Part shown: positions 26,417-39,601 of the stretch, piece after piece
How positions within the stretch are numbered: the first letter of the stretch is position 1
How the letters are laid out: each line of letters begins with the position of its first letter
From: Octopus sinensis
Lineage: Eukaryota
Direction of reading: 5' to 3'
Assembly: GCF_006345805.1 (NCBI RefSeq)
Contig: NW_021836178.1
Span: 124,001 to 188,000 of the forward strand
DNA length: 64,000 nucleotides
Translations under genes and position numbers: made by a program
Notes under the pieces: generated by a model
What the model saw: the letters and a program-made list of their open reading frames with translations, nothing else
What the model was told of the DNA's origin: nothing
Database searches by the model: none

Positions 26417-27406
26417 TTAACACCACGCTGACTTGTTTATGTTCTGATTTAAAACAGACGGCATTCTGACAGATTTTGACCCCGCGTTAGGGAAGAATAC
26501 ATTACTATTCCGTACGGGCTTGTTTCCGGTCTTGACAGGATCAGGCATGTGAGGAGGAAAGACAGAGAACGTGCCTGCCTTCATTCCCCGTCCTTCCTTT
26601 AAACGCACATATTACTTTTTTGGCTGGTGAAGAGTATTTGAAGACCTGGTCAATTTTGGGGGACTTTTCTTCCTATAGAGGGGACCCTGTATGGTGGAGG
26701 CGAAGGGGTTGGGGTCGAAGTAGGGGTGTGAACGAGCCTCAACTTTGAAGACATTCCCTTTGACTAGTTTTTTATGCTCCTGAGAATCTTTCTATTTATC
26801 AAGAACGGGGAATGACCAATTTCTGTTGTTTGTAGTTCTCATAGGGTTCGGGGGAAGACTTTGGGTAGGGATTGAAACACACATTGGCATATCTAAGACA
26901 TGACGGTGACCATGACCCATAGCCGGTCCCCTTCTTTATATTATTAGTCAAAAAATTCTTTTCTTTGGTTTTGTGCTTTTTCTTTCATTGTACTGAGGAC
27001 TGAAGTATTGCACTCTTCCTCCAAATGAGCCCAAATAGCTCCCCGTGCTTGCTCTTTCTATTAGAATCAGTCGTTTCTACAGCTTTTTTCCTGTCCCAGA
27101 GTCCAGAAAGGGTTTGCCGACTTGTAGTTTGAGTCCCTCATTTCGGAGTATCCTCCGTCTTTTGATTCCGTCTGAGTAAGACTCGCCCTCAAACACGCGG
27201 TCAAATTTATTGGAGAAATATCCGTCGAGTTGTCCACACCGACTCTTTGCGAACGGTACAGTGAATTGTCTCCCTTTGTAGGCAGAGTTGTTGAACTCCA
27301 CTACGGCTATTGACTCTCAAATACATTTTTTGGGGACGTAAGGGTCCCCTATTGTAGTGTAACCACTTTCCTTAAAAATGCCAAGCTTTTCCAAGTCGTT
27401 TTTCAT
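26417..27406 (-). CDS. CFAP96: CFAP96/C4orf47-like, copy 2; frameshift near 26588
   Basis: Paralog of 8919-9910; retains KKGTGYG frame intact. Confidence 0.85.
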
Positions 27407-29015
27407 TGTAGCTTAGAAACAAATTTTTAATTTGAAGGTAATCGGTGAATATATTTATTATTTTGTGGTATTATGAGTAATTTTCAACATGTCGTTAAAC
27501 TGCATTTTTTAATTTGTCAACTAAGAAGGGATTCTGTATCGGGAAATAATCACGACCAGCCCCGACGACACAACACGCACAATTCGACAATAATTATCAC
27601 TCAACCACGCCAGTCGTAACTTTTAAATCTCTATTTATGAATGCAATTAGCTACCGGGAAGGGCGCCATCGTACAGTGAAAGAACTTGCAGAGACATTGA
27701 AGGGGTGGGCTGTGGTCACGAGTAAATAGGGAAGTCTTTGCATGTCATTCTAACTGCCTTTTGTGGGCCACAGGAGTTATATGTCACAAGTATTGTTGAT
27801 TGTTTTTTTATAGAACTGACTGGTCAGTGAGTGGTGTTGAGGACACTCTGGGCATCGGGAATCTGTTCTGTGTAGTCAGGTTGGTTGTCATCGCTTTTTC
27901 CACTATCCATGTTTCACAACAGTGGAGACGAACATGGGGTATATTTTCCACTTAAATGTGAGCGAGATAACGTGCATGTGGAGTCTGTGAGTTAATCTTG
28001 TCTTATATTCTCAGAATGCGAGTTCCTGACCAGTCTGGTGGGTATAGTTGTATAGTCGTTACTTTCACTAAAATTCTACCGAGGGGGCATTAAAGGAGGA
28101 ATTGTGTTATTTTCCGTTTTGTACTGTTCTAGAATATTGTCCAGATTTGCTACTTTCCAGTTCAGACAAACATTACAGATCTCCCAGACAGGTCTTCCAC
28201 TCCACTGAATAAAAAACCAGAACTGCAGTCTCAACCAAACCAGACCAAAGTAATTGTAATAAACAAGAGATACGAATATATCATATACTGATTACGTAAT
28301 AAGGAGAATGTGTGGTTCGATTGGAAGGGGGTTGAGGGGTCGATGGTGGTGTGTTATCAGTGGGGGCAGACATTCCACTTTTACTGCGTGGACAGAGGGA
28401 ATGTCGTCGAATGGAGTTGTCTAGACTGCACTGTATGCTTGATGTGTAATACTGCTGAGAATAAATCGGGCTTTCTGATGTGTGATGACTTCATTAAGAC
28501 ACCACAATTGTTTTCTTCTCCCTCCACTCCACTCTGTCCCTTCTGGAGTGTAGAAATTTCGTTTTTGAGGTCGTTCTGTGTACTGTAACTCAATGGAAGC
28601 TTATTATGTCGCGAGCCGAGCGCGCGAGCAAGCCAAGCAAGTCGACACCTGTCATCCATATAATTTCCTGAGACCTGTACTCAATAATGAGGAAGTTGAT
28701 TTTCAAAAAACATAAAAAGTATCGACTCAAAAAGAAAACAGAAAATTCCTAATTAAAAAGGGAAACAATTCGAATTCAACTAAATTTGAATTCAACTACA
28801 ATATCTTAGAAATGTAAACGTCCTAGAAAATGTAAACACCTTAGAAGAGATGAAAATAATTGCACGTGAGATTTATGAAGCCAATCATTGTATACATAAT
28901 GCTTTGGAAGCCTTATGTAGGCAAAGATTTTCATATTGAGGCGACAGATCATTTGCTAAGTTGTTAAAAATGCAATATCTGCAAATTTTCAATTTCAGTA
29001 AAACAATATGATGAT

Positions 29016-30893
29016 TAGGGCAATTTTTTGCCTAAAATGCCTTTTTGCACCAAAAGGTCTATTTATTTAAATAATTAATTTAAGCTATAATTTAATTAAA
29101 ATAGATTTATCTACAACGAGTTATAAATGCCTTAAATGCTTAAAAAATTGTTAAGGTCCTAAAAAATTTTTTAAGGTCCTAAAAATTTTTTTAAGGTCTT
29201 AAAAATTTTTAAAATAAATTATTTTTAAATGTTACAAAAAAATATTTTAAAAATAACAAATTAGGCACGCTATAAATTACTTTTTGTGTTCAAATGCCAC
29301 GTGTACGTTCTACAATAAAGTCTAAAGCTCTAAAAGCCTATGAAACTTACGTAAAAGAATTCACAGTGATTAAAGGCAGTCTATATTGTAAAATATGTAT
29401 GATCTACGTCAATGCATCAAAAAAATATTATATTGATCAGCATAGACAATCTACAAAACATCTAAAGCTTTTGAGTAATTTAAAATTATTTTTTTTAGAT
29501 AACAATGAAGGATTCCAACAATCCTTAGATTCCCTATTCAACGGTCAAACCGAAACGGAAGACTTTCAGAGTATGCCGATGGAAGTTGCCAAAGCCTTTT
29601 CTGAAGCAAACATTCCTCTTCATAAGCTCAATAATCCAAGCTTAAAGGGATTGTTTGAAAAATTGAATATTTCGCTTCCTTCCCAGTCAGCCTGTCGCAA
29701 TTGTATTCCTGCAATCAGTGAACAAAAATTATCCAAGTATAAAAGTGATCTAAGGTTAACAAATGATTAATTTTTAGATCTCAAAAGATTTTTATGGTTG
29801 TTGACGAGGGTGACGTAAATGGACAGAAGTTTGTAGTTGTTCTCATTGGGAATATCGCTTATCCAGAGAAGACCTATTTAATTTCGTGTGAACCTTTATA
29901 TGAATCTGTAACTGCTAACACAATTCTTCAGATTATCGATGAAGAGATTAAAAAATTCGAGATTATACGCAATAATTTTCTTCTTTTTCTTTCTGATGCA
30001 GCCCCGTATATGATTTTGGGTAGTTTGTTGAATTATTTTTAGCCGGAAAAACATTGAAAATGCTTTATCCTAGGATGTTCCATGTAACATGTGTTGCACA
30101 TTTGTTACATAATTGCTGTCTCAGAGTAAAGGCGTATTATTCGGACGTTGATAATCTTATTGCGACTATAAAGACATCAATAGTGAAAAACAAAACTAGA
30201 AAAAAATGTTTTCTACAATTGGTTATCCGCCCGACGTCATCATAACTAGATGGGGTAGTTGGCTGCAAGCAGCATACTATTATGCAAATAATTTTGTATC
30301 AATTGCTGAAATTGTGGAGAATTTCAAAGACGACGGAATATTAGTTAAAAAAGTAAAACAAGCAATTGAATCGCCAACCTTAAGAAAAAGTCTAATGGAA
30401 ATAAATGAAAATTATCAGATACTTAATCAAATATTGAAAAAAATGGAATCCACAAGTTATACAATAAATGATGCACATTCAGATCTTTGTTTGTTAAAAT
30501 TTCCGTCTGATAATGCAGAAATAAATGAATACATACAAAAAAGATTACACAAAAATGACATAGAATCAATTATAGAAATGGAGAAAAGTAATATCTCCCC
30601 TGAAGAATATGGACTAATAAGAAAATGTCAGTGTACATCATCAACCGTTGAAAGAGCATTTTCTATGCTTAAAAAATTAATTACTAAAGATAGAGGTTTC
30701 AATGCGGAAAATGTCAAAAATTATTTAATACCTTACTATAACAAATAATTTTTTACGACTTTTTGATTTAATACCTTATTAAAATGTGCCTAAAAATGTA
30801 GAATAAAGTCCTAAAAATTAAAAATAAAGTCCTAAAATGCCTATTTTTAAGGTCCTAAAAATAAATTTTAAGTGCCTGAAAAAAATTGCCCTA
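29016..30893 (+). mobile_element. hAT-like transposon, probably intact, with two 23-nt introns
   Basis: TAGGGCAATTTTTT TIRs, 8-bp TSD ATGATGAT, empty site in copy 1 (~11408); zinc finger, VDE, DAAPYM, CVAHLLHNC, ITRWGSW, VERAFS; introns 29755-29777 and 30020-30042. Confidence 0.95.
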
Positions 30894-32194
30894 ATGATGA
30901 TTCAACTCATATTGTTGCTGATTCGCCTAATATAATAAAAGGTTTCAAGTAGATTTAATTGATCTTAAACGATATAAAATTAGCTTATTTGTAAATTTAA
31001 AAATGAAAACAACGATTTTTCTTAGTTAATGTCTGTAATAGACGTATATTCGAAATATGCGTTTACAAGGAATCTTAAAAATAAAAGTGTAGTAAAGGTG
31101 GCGACTAATCTAAATGATATTCTTATGGATTTTGGTTCCAGCAAGTTTCTTCTATCAGACAACGGAACAGAATTCTGAACTTCAATACACTCCCGAAACT
31201 AACAATAAATGTTTTTAGTTCAACTAAAGATAAATTCGAATTCAACTAAAATAAATTCTCCGTATTATGAGAATAAACAGGAAGATGGGAATGCATGTGT
31301 CAAAATATGAATCAATCATAGGAGATATAGTATTTATTACAGTCAAAACCCATATACTTGCTGCAATGTGCCTGCAAAAGAAGGGGAATTGTTTTTGAAG
31401 TGTTGGGACTGTGCTTGGTCGGGTGATGGGCGAGTGATGACTAGAGCGATAATATAGAGAATCAAGTGGAGGCAGAAGTGATGATTAGTCTGGGCTACAC
31501 CTGTCCCACTTGTCGAGAGATGCCGACTGATGAACTGAAATATGAAATATGTCTAACGGAGAAGGGACATGACTATTTCTGCAATAATTATTCGACTTGA
31601 AAAGCAAAATGTGATCACAAGGAGGACATTCAGGCCGTGGGTGGCTATGTAGTTTGCACACGAATAGAGGGTTAGTGAATGTCATCATTGTAGGGCAGGA
31701 GGAGCAGCAAGAAGATATTGTTGGATAAAGCATATCCTCCACATATTCGAGTATTGTGGTTGGTGGCATTGCAAGAATGGTTTCTTGGGCATAGCTGACA
31801 CGACTGAGAATCACCCGTCTTCCCAGTCTGTCACAACTCGGCAAATGAAGAACCATCACCCCCATTCCTTAGTTGTCGACACTACCCAGAGAGGAACGAA
31901 ATAGATATATTTGCGAGTCGGCTGATGTCTAGTGCACAATGTCTGGAAAACGCTTAAATTCACTCTTGCGATTATCTATCGTCACTTTAATGTCAGGGGA
32001 ATCTCCAATACACATAAATAAAAACAATTGTGCCAAGATTTTGAGAGATACAATGTATCAATCGGATGTAATCAAGAGTCAAAGGTCTTGGAATGAGCTG
32101 ATGAATTACATGGAAACTACCATCTAATCCTACTTCCCAGGATATCGAAGCACTATGGGCAGAAATTCGCTGTCCATAAGACTCTAGACTCTGC

Positions 32195-32619
32195 CTGATC
32201 TGCCTTGACTGTATTCCGTTCGTACATTCCGGGGACTAAGGAGAAGAGAGTGAACTGTCCTCGATATCCCCGCCCTATCGAGCCACTCCCGAGTCCCCCC
32301 AGAGGGCAGCCTGCGCTGAGAGTGCTGTCTTACCGTAAATTGGTTTCAGAGGGACGGGCTTGAAAATGTTCATTATTGGCCTCCTTCCGTGAAAGGTTTC
32401 GGAAATAGTCTGGAATAATGTCCTGGAGTATATTTATAACACTTGCCTTATTCCAATCCAAAAAAACTTGATTACTTGTGCCCAGGTGGGGGGTTGTGAT
32501 GGTTTGAAGGGGGAATTAAAGGTCTGACTCCGAGGAATTCTCCACCCAAAACTGGGAATGTCATTGTTTTGGGCAATTTGGTAATACAAATCAGTACTTG
32601 CATTCGTAAGAACACTCAT
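32195..32619 (-). pseudogene. GBA2: GBA2 5' fragment, copy 2
   Basis: As copy 1; retains a GC-AG 24-nt intron. Confidence 0.8.
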
Positions 32620-32778
32620 TCGATATTTTTATTATTTTTCAAATTTAGGTTTTTTTTAAATTAATTTAATAATATATTTTACATAAAGTTTGTTAATAAA
32701 TTAATATTTCCATAACATATATTAAATAAATTATTTATACCCAACTTGTTGGTGCCTTCTTGTGATAAATTTAGACCA
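32620..32778. promoter_or_regulatory. Putative bidirectional promoter between head-to-head GBA2 and DHX34 starts
   Basis: 159-bp AT-rich gap between divergent ATGs; the Tigger sits here in copy 1. Confidence 0.4.
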
Positions 32779-33250
32779 ATGGACGATGCTGAAATTCAAG
32801 ACTGGGCGTTCGACTGGTGTCAATACAAAATTATACTCAATTCCATATTTTTTACAATTGTCGAGTCTTCTCCAGACAATCCACCACTCTAATATCTCAG
32901 AGACTCAAAAGAGTACACCGAATTCTGGAAATTTCTGGAAAAATGCTGCAGATTTCGCTCACATCGAACAGAAGCCTCCAAAGGTAACCAAAACTCACCA
33001 CGCAGGTCCCGCAGTATTTGATGGAGAGTGGATACAACAAAATTGCGTGCACACAACCCCGGAGAATTGCCTGTGTTTCTCTAAGCAAGCGAGTGGCTTT
33101 TGAGACATTCAACCAACATGGAACAAGCATAGGCTTTCAGGTCAGATTTGAACGAAACAATTCAAAAGCGACCAAAATATTGTTCATAACAGAAGGATTA
33201 TATAATCGACGAGGCAGTCATTTCAGACTAAATCGCTCTTCTGGCCTTCC
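32779..33250 (+). pseudogene. DHX34: DHX34 5' fragment, copy 2, Walker A deleted
   Basis: 43-bp deletion relative to 15317-15359 removes [12 protein letters not shown]. Confidence 0.8.
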
Positions 33251-33805
33251 GATGTTGCCAGACTGAGGAGGATACTCAGCGAGACAGGGAGTACTGCTCT
33301 ATTCGTGAACTGCCGAACACTCAAAACCCAGCAAATCAAATTTATTTGCCAAAATTTGTTTACGATCGGTGTCCTTGATTTACGCTATTTAATCAGATGG
33401 GCCATCATTGAGCATAAAAATGTATCAAAAATGTCAAAAAACTCGTGAAAAGGAATAAGAATGTGCAGACCAGTAGAGCGGCCTTAAAATTGCTGAATAT
33501 TTACATGATTGGCTACACAAATGCAGGCACCCTATCTTCACATTTACCCAAATCGAAGTGGCAAACAAGTTTGAATCTCAAAACATTGAGTTAAGGTGTC
33601 CAAAAAGAGTTGATTAAGTTTAGGTAGATAAGAATCAGGTTTAAATTCATTAATATTTAATAATTACGATTTAACACTCTAAACAAACCGGAAAGGACGT
33701 CGTTTAATAAAAGACGTAAATTTGCAAAAATTGTTGTAATTTACGTTTCCACTAACAATATAAATACATGTTTTGCGTTCCGCGGATGATAAATACTACT
33801 TTGAA

Positions 33806-34233
33806 ATGAAGACTTGTTTGTATCAATTTCTCATTGAAAATTTAAACAAGAAGTGCCCTTATCTTTCGTGGATTGGGATGTCGAATTCGTTTATCATTAC
33901 AAATCCAACTGAACTTGCAAGAATGTATGGGAGTTAAAAGACAAACCGAGGATCTTAAAAAGAGAAAAAGGGCAGAAAAATACTTGCGCTTTTTATGAAC
34001 AAATTTGGACAAAAGATGTCCTTTGGAAATCTTATGAGGAATATACACCTACTTACTGCTGCTAGAATGCATATGAGCCCCCTTTAAATTATGACGACCT
34101 CATACAATCTTATTTTTGAGAATATGAGGCTTCACAATCGGAAAATCAAAACAACTTTCCGCAGTCGAGTTATGAAGAACGCCTCTTTCCTCAATATTAC
34201 GATGATCTGTCAAACTATAACTTCTTTTGTTGA
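33806..34233 (+). pseudogene. ETS-like gene lacking the recognition helix; frameshift and stops
   Basis: LYQFLIENL...LSWI...FIITNPTELARM.GELKDKPR-ILKREKGQK; homologous to 62165-62584. Confidence 0.7.
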
Positions 34234-34439
34234 AAATCATTAAATAATATATATATTAATTGTTATATTTATACACAAAAGCAAATATTATATCACATGC
34301 CCCATGCGTTGCCATGCCTGACGCGATTCCATAGCATTAAATTTTTAATATTTTAATTACAAATATTTAGATGATTGAAATATTTATTTACTTAATTAAT
34401 AAAAATTTTTTAATGGTTAACTATTATCATTAAAAAACA

Positions 34440-35620
34440 ATAAATTAAGCATGCTGTTTAATATCTCGTTTGTTTGTTAAGATTATTGATGATGAATACA
34501 TTTTGAATGTTGTACCTATTGCTGTTAAATCAAAACAACAAAGACATCGACTCAGCAAAAAAGCTGGAAATTTTTGTATGATTTCTGGAAAGTTGTATCT
34601 TTCAAGCAAAGATAAAAGTCCGAAGCTTGTAATTACTTTGGATAATGAAGAGGAAATGGCTTTCCATTGCAAGAATATTCACAATATCACTCACTGCGGG
34701 CAGAATGATTTAGAATAGCACTGCCATGACAATTTCTTTACAATTAAAAGAAATGTTGTTAGAAAAGTCGTTTCGGAATGTCAAATTTGTTTGTTTTCAA
34801 CTCCTCTGAAGGTATATGATGAGGAAAATCATATAACTGCATGTATTCCTAATGAAAGATTTCAGGTGGATTTAATTGACTTAAAAATATAATTCATTTG
34901 TTTATTGTAGGTTTAAACTTTAAACACTTAAATGATTCATTTTTCTGGATATTGGTTGTCATCGACGTTTTTTTGAAATTTGTGTTTACACGAAATCTTG
35001 TTAATAAAAGTGGACATGAAGTGTCCAATAATTTTCTTCAAATTTTTTTACAATTTGGTAATTGTCATATTTTGCAGTCTGACAATGGGACTGAATTTAA
35101 AAGTTCACATATTCATGCAAAAGATTCAAGATTAAACAACTCCACAGCAGATCATATAAACCCAGAAGCCAAGGAATTTTGGAAAGGTTTAATCAAACCT
35201 TAACAAGCTCCTTATCGAAAATGATGAAGGGGATAAAAATAGGACAAATCACATAAGTGAAGCTGTCTATTTTTATAATCTTACTGTACATTCATCAACT
35301 GGTATCTATTTTATTTTTTATTCTCAAGGAAGTCTCTTTTTATGAAATACAGATGAATTAAGGGTCTAATACTGCAATTCCGGATGCCATGGATGCAGAG
35401 AATCTCGATGAAGATGAAAAATGTGATGAAAAACAATAAGACTTTGATTTTAATTTTGAAATAATTAATTTAAAAATTTATTTAACATTTTAAACTTGAG
35501 ATCTATAATGATTTTAAAATAAAAACTGGATAGAGTTTGAGTTTTTTATAAAAGATCTATAGATGATTTTGGAACTAAAAACTGAATAGAGTTTGAGCTA
35601 TTTATAAAAGATGACCTTCT
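34440..35620 (+). mobile_element. Degenerate Ginger-like integrase element
   Basis: H-x3-H...C-x2-C, FQVDLIDL, VIDVF, LQSDNGTEFK, LTVHSST. Confidence 0.75.
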
Positions 35621-35759
35621 GGTAGCAAATAGTCGTGTTGTATTTATAGACAGCATTTTTCAAAATATCAATCCAATTATTGTATTCGGACTGAAATATG
35701 GTTTTTGCTAACCAACGATTTAGCGTTTGATTATATCGTTCTACCTGCTCTCGTGATTG

Positions 35760-36420
35760 AGGGTGTCTTGGTCTTTCATGAATCGTCTTTATCCCCCAAT
35801 CACGTAATAAAAATGAAACTTCGAGTTACAAAACTCTTTTCTACTCCTTCACGGAATCTCCATTGTACGGACGAAAGCAGATTTTGTGATTCTACATAAC
35901 AAGAAAGTTTGTTAAAGACAATCTTTTCCATAGTTTTGGAGAAAGCACAAATCAGACTAATCGGCCGATAGTTCATTGTAGCAGTTTCGATTTAACAAGT
36001 TTCGGTATCATTCGAACGATCGTACATGTCGATGTTCAGCTTCCTTTAAACATCATAGTCAGTGCTTGCATCAGACGCCTTCTTTAACAATATCTGAGGA
36101 ATGTAATCAAAACCAGGTGATTTGTTAATCAACCCGGTTTTCCAAAGTACCTTTCAATTTGAGCAAGTTAACAAGTTTCGGATTCAATTGATAATGATCT
36201 CTGTTGCTATCGCAAAATTGATTTCTGTGTCAATTTCTTTAGCAATTCCGTATAAAAACCTTGGTCCAATAACGACAACTCCTGTTTTAGAGGGGACACG
36301 TGTTGTTGCAAGGGTCGAAAATTGAGAGACTGGGGTTGTTTGCAGGACATTACATGTAGAAGAGGACAGTGATTGTGGACTATATCGGCAGATCATTCGG
36401 AATGAGGTGGCCCACTAAAA
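35760..36420 (-). mobile_element. Degenerate CR1/L2-like RT fragment
   Basis: Minus-strand NYRPISLICAFSKTMEKIVFNKL. Confidence 0.6.
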
Positions 36421-36735
36421 GAGAAGGCCTACAAGGCGAATGATTCGTCAACTGTAGAATCCTGGAATATACATGTTTCGGTGGAGTGACTAACAAGTGA
36501 TTGATACCTCGTTTTGTGGAGGACTGGCTTGGTATCCCAACCACTCCTGTCGCCCAAATTGTTCGACCAAACTGATTCAGCTAAGCAAAGGATCGGCAGA
36601 GGGACGAGATTACGTACGACTAAATGTTTAATAATGGCCTAATAAGATTCCATGCATGTACATGGCCGCCAATTGTAGAAAGTAGATGTTTTAATATATA
36701 ATAAAAAATTGTTATAATTACTGCACGTGTGGGCG

Positions 36736-38660
36736 ATGTTGGAGCAAATATTTTACAAAAAGAGAACTATTAGAGAAAAGCCAATGTATAGACGTGTATA
36801 AGCACTGCAGCCTTCCCCAGCCAGACACACCCAACAAATTAATATGCAGTGCCCTTCCCTACGTCAACAACATTCCCCACCTCGGCAACATCGTGGGGTG
36901 TGTCCTCAGTGCTGACATATACGCAAGGTAGACCAAAATCCACATCCCAGATATTGCCGCATGAGTGACTACCCCACTCTCTTTATTTGTGGCACAGACG
37001 AGTACGGAACAGCCACCGAGACCAAGGCTCGTCAGGAAGGACTCTCCCCCTCCCAAATATGTGAAAAATACCACAAACTCCACTCAGAAGTGTACGACTG
37101 GATTGACATTAGTTTTGACATTTTCGGAAGGACAACCACTCCCTTGCAAACAGAGTACAGTGCTTTTATCCATTTTAGAATTACTCAACAAATATTCTCA
37201 CAACTCAATCAGAATGGCTATATTCCTCCCAGTGGGTCGATCAACTGTACTGCACAACATGCAACATGTTCCTTGCTGATCGATATGTCGAGGGACAGTG
37301 TCCGAACTGTCAATATAATGACGCTCGAGGGGACCAATGTGATTTCTGTGGCCGACTAATCAAGGCCACTGAACTGATATCCCCCAAATGCAAGAATTGT
37401 AGTGCCAGTCCAATAATCCGCAGTTCTAATCACTTATTTCTAGATTTGTCCTCAGTTTGTCATTTTTCTAATTTTTAGTTACAACCACAACTAGAAGAGT
37501 GGATGGCCACCTCCAAAGGCTGTGGAGTGCCAACGCAGTCGCCATCTCGGCCGCCTGGATAAAGGAAGGACTCAAAAGTCGTTGTATAAGCCGAGACCTC
37601 ACATGGGGGACTCCCATCCCCTTAGAAGGCTTCACAGACAAAGTTTTTTACGTTTGGTTTGACGCCCCAATCGGCTACATTTCGATCACAGCCAATTACT
37701 GTCCTGATTGGCAATTGTGGTGGAAGAATCCAGCACATGTCCAACTGACCAATTTCATGGCCAAAGATAACGTGCCTTTCCACTCGGTGGTCTTCCCTTC
37801 CTCCCTTCTGGGCACAGGAGAGGACTACACACTCGTGTCTCGCATTAGTGCCACTGAATATTTAAACTACGAGACCACCAAGTTTTCCAAGTCACGGGGA
37901 ATCGGAGTTTTTGGCTTGGATATGAAAAATTCGGGGATTCCTTCCGATTATTGGAGATTCTACCTCCTCATCAATCGCCCCGAAGGACATGTTTTACCAC
38001 TTTTGTAACATTAGGACTCCACATTCCACTGGGATGATATGTTGACGTGTATTAACAGTCATTTGGTCAACAATCTTGGCAATTTTATCAACCGGTCCCT
38101 AGTTTTGAACATGTGTAGGGCTATTGTGTTTTGCAACAAGTTCTTTGACTCGGTTGTGGGCAGTGTGGTGATCGCAGAGGAGATGGCTGAACTTTTAGCT
38201 CAGATTGGTCCTTTGGTGGAGAGTTATCACACTAATATGAACAATTGCAAGTATGTGTGTCTCTATTATCAGGTTTGTGGCTTCCATTTACGATGTCCTG
38301 TCCATTTCCCGTCTCGGCAATGCTTTTATCCAGTCACAACAGCCGTGGGTTAAAGTAAAGACCAGTTCAACCAAGTCGACTGATTGCCAATAATTGAGTA
38401 GGAGTGAGGCATATAACTGTACATCACTCATGTGCAATTTGGCCTGTTTGTTGGCTTATCTCATCTTTCCCTTCATTCCCCAGTCAGCAGCCAGTTTGGC
38501 TCGTCAACTCAACCTCCCCGATGATATTTCCACTTTGTGTGCCCCCACTCATTTCCGTCCTCTATTGAGAAAAGGACATCAACTTGGCGAGGCTGTTCCC
38601 TTATTCAGGCTGATCACGGCGGATGAGATCAGTAGGCTTAAAGATCTTCATGGTAGTTGA
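36736..38660 (+). CDS. MARS1: Cytoplasmic methionyl-tRNA synthetase
   Basis: [62 protein letters not shown]; eight 22-25 nt introns; two 1-nt homopolymer frameshifts (~37227, ~37515). Confidence 0.95.
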
Positions 38661-38719
38661 TGTTTTCTTTTTAATTCTTATTTTTGTTTGTTAAAATCTG
38701 TCACTTGTTCTTAATGAGG

Positions 38720-39260
38720 CATTCATTCCTTTATACTCCATAACCGACAAGAGTAACATTGCGTTGGCTTATTCCACAATATTCATTATCAATGGAGCTG
38801 TAATAAATGTTAAAGCCTTTTAAATAGAATCTAAAAGAAAAGTCTGATGCTTCCAAAATAACCGTCAGCAGACCAATATTTATTAGAATTTGTAAAAACA
38901 AAATTTAGAACTTTCGAATTTTTATAGACGATGGGGATTTTGAAATTTGTCGAATATTAATGATTGTAATTTTCTTTCAAGATAACTACAGCATAAATTA
39001 AAGGTAATTTGTTTCTCAGACTTATTAAAACTAAAACAAATTTGAGCATTTTTTACAAATAATTTGGAAGGTGTGGTATTCGTTCAAATCCACAAAGCAA
39101 TGGACAAAGTTTATGAAATGAATGTCAACTCTCTTCTCATTTTGCCTACCCTCTTCCTGTTCTTCAAGGCAATGTCCTCACTTTCTACTATAGCTAGACT
39201 GACCTACCCACTGCTTTAAGTTCGAGCATATCCAGCCACAGTTTCCTCAATGTGATAGCA
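38720..39260 (-). pseudogene. Degenerate papain-family (cathepsin-like) fragment
   Basis: *GNCGW, NFVHC, INIGLLTVILEASDFSFRFY, VTLVGYG with stops. Confidence 0.4.
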
Positions 39261-39313
39261 CGGTAAATTAGAACAACCGTTGAAAAAAAAATATTAATAA
39301 AATAAATGAAGAA

Positions 39314-39601
39314 TTATTTTTTAAAATGAATTCTCCAATATTTAGAAACTTTTTCGAACAACTTTTTATCACATGACATCTTTTCCCATTTTCTCTTTAT
39401 TGCCGAAGCTGAACGTTGATTCTCATGTAAAATTGTAGAAATGTGATCAAAATCCTTTCCATAAATCTTGACAGCATCCAACAATGTCGCTTCTTCTTTT
39501 ATAGACCATAAAAGTCGATTTGACTTAATACAATCTGTGGAACTATTTACTGCAGAAAAATAATTAGTTTCCTTTTCCGATTCGAAATTAATTTTTAACA
39601 A
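39314..39601 (-). CDS. SANT/Myb-domain protein (possibly partial)
   Basis: WSIKEEATLLDAVKIYGKDFDHISTIL...RSASAIKRKW. Confidence 0.7.
   Translation of the reverse strand: MLKINFESEKETNYFSAVNSSTDCIKSNRLLWSIKEEATLLDAVKIYGKDFDHISTILHENQRSASAIKRKWEKMSCDKKLFEKVSKYWRIHFKK

Larger units (their letters stand above)
24756..33868 (+). repeat. Segmental duplication, copy 2
   Basis: Colinear with 7281-16232; carries a hAT insertion absent from copy 1 and lacks copy 1's Tigger. Confidence 0.95.

Noticed and set aside
39066-39127. Apparent circular permutation of 42494-42915 (circle junction)
   Set aside because: One arm is only ~14 bp; paralogy between cathepsin-like fragments is simpler.
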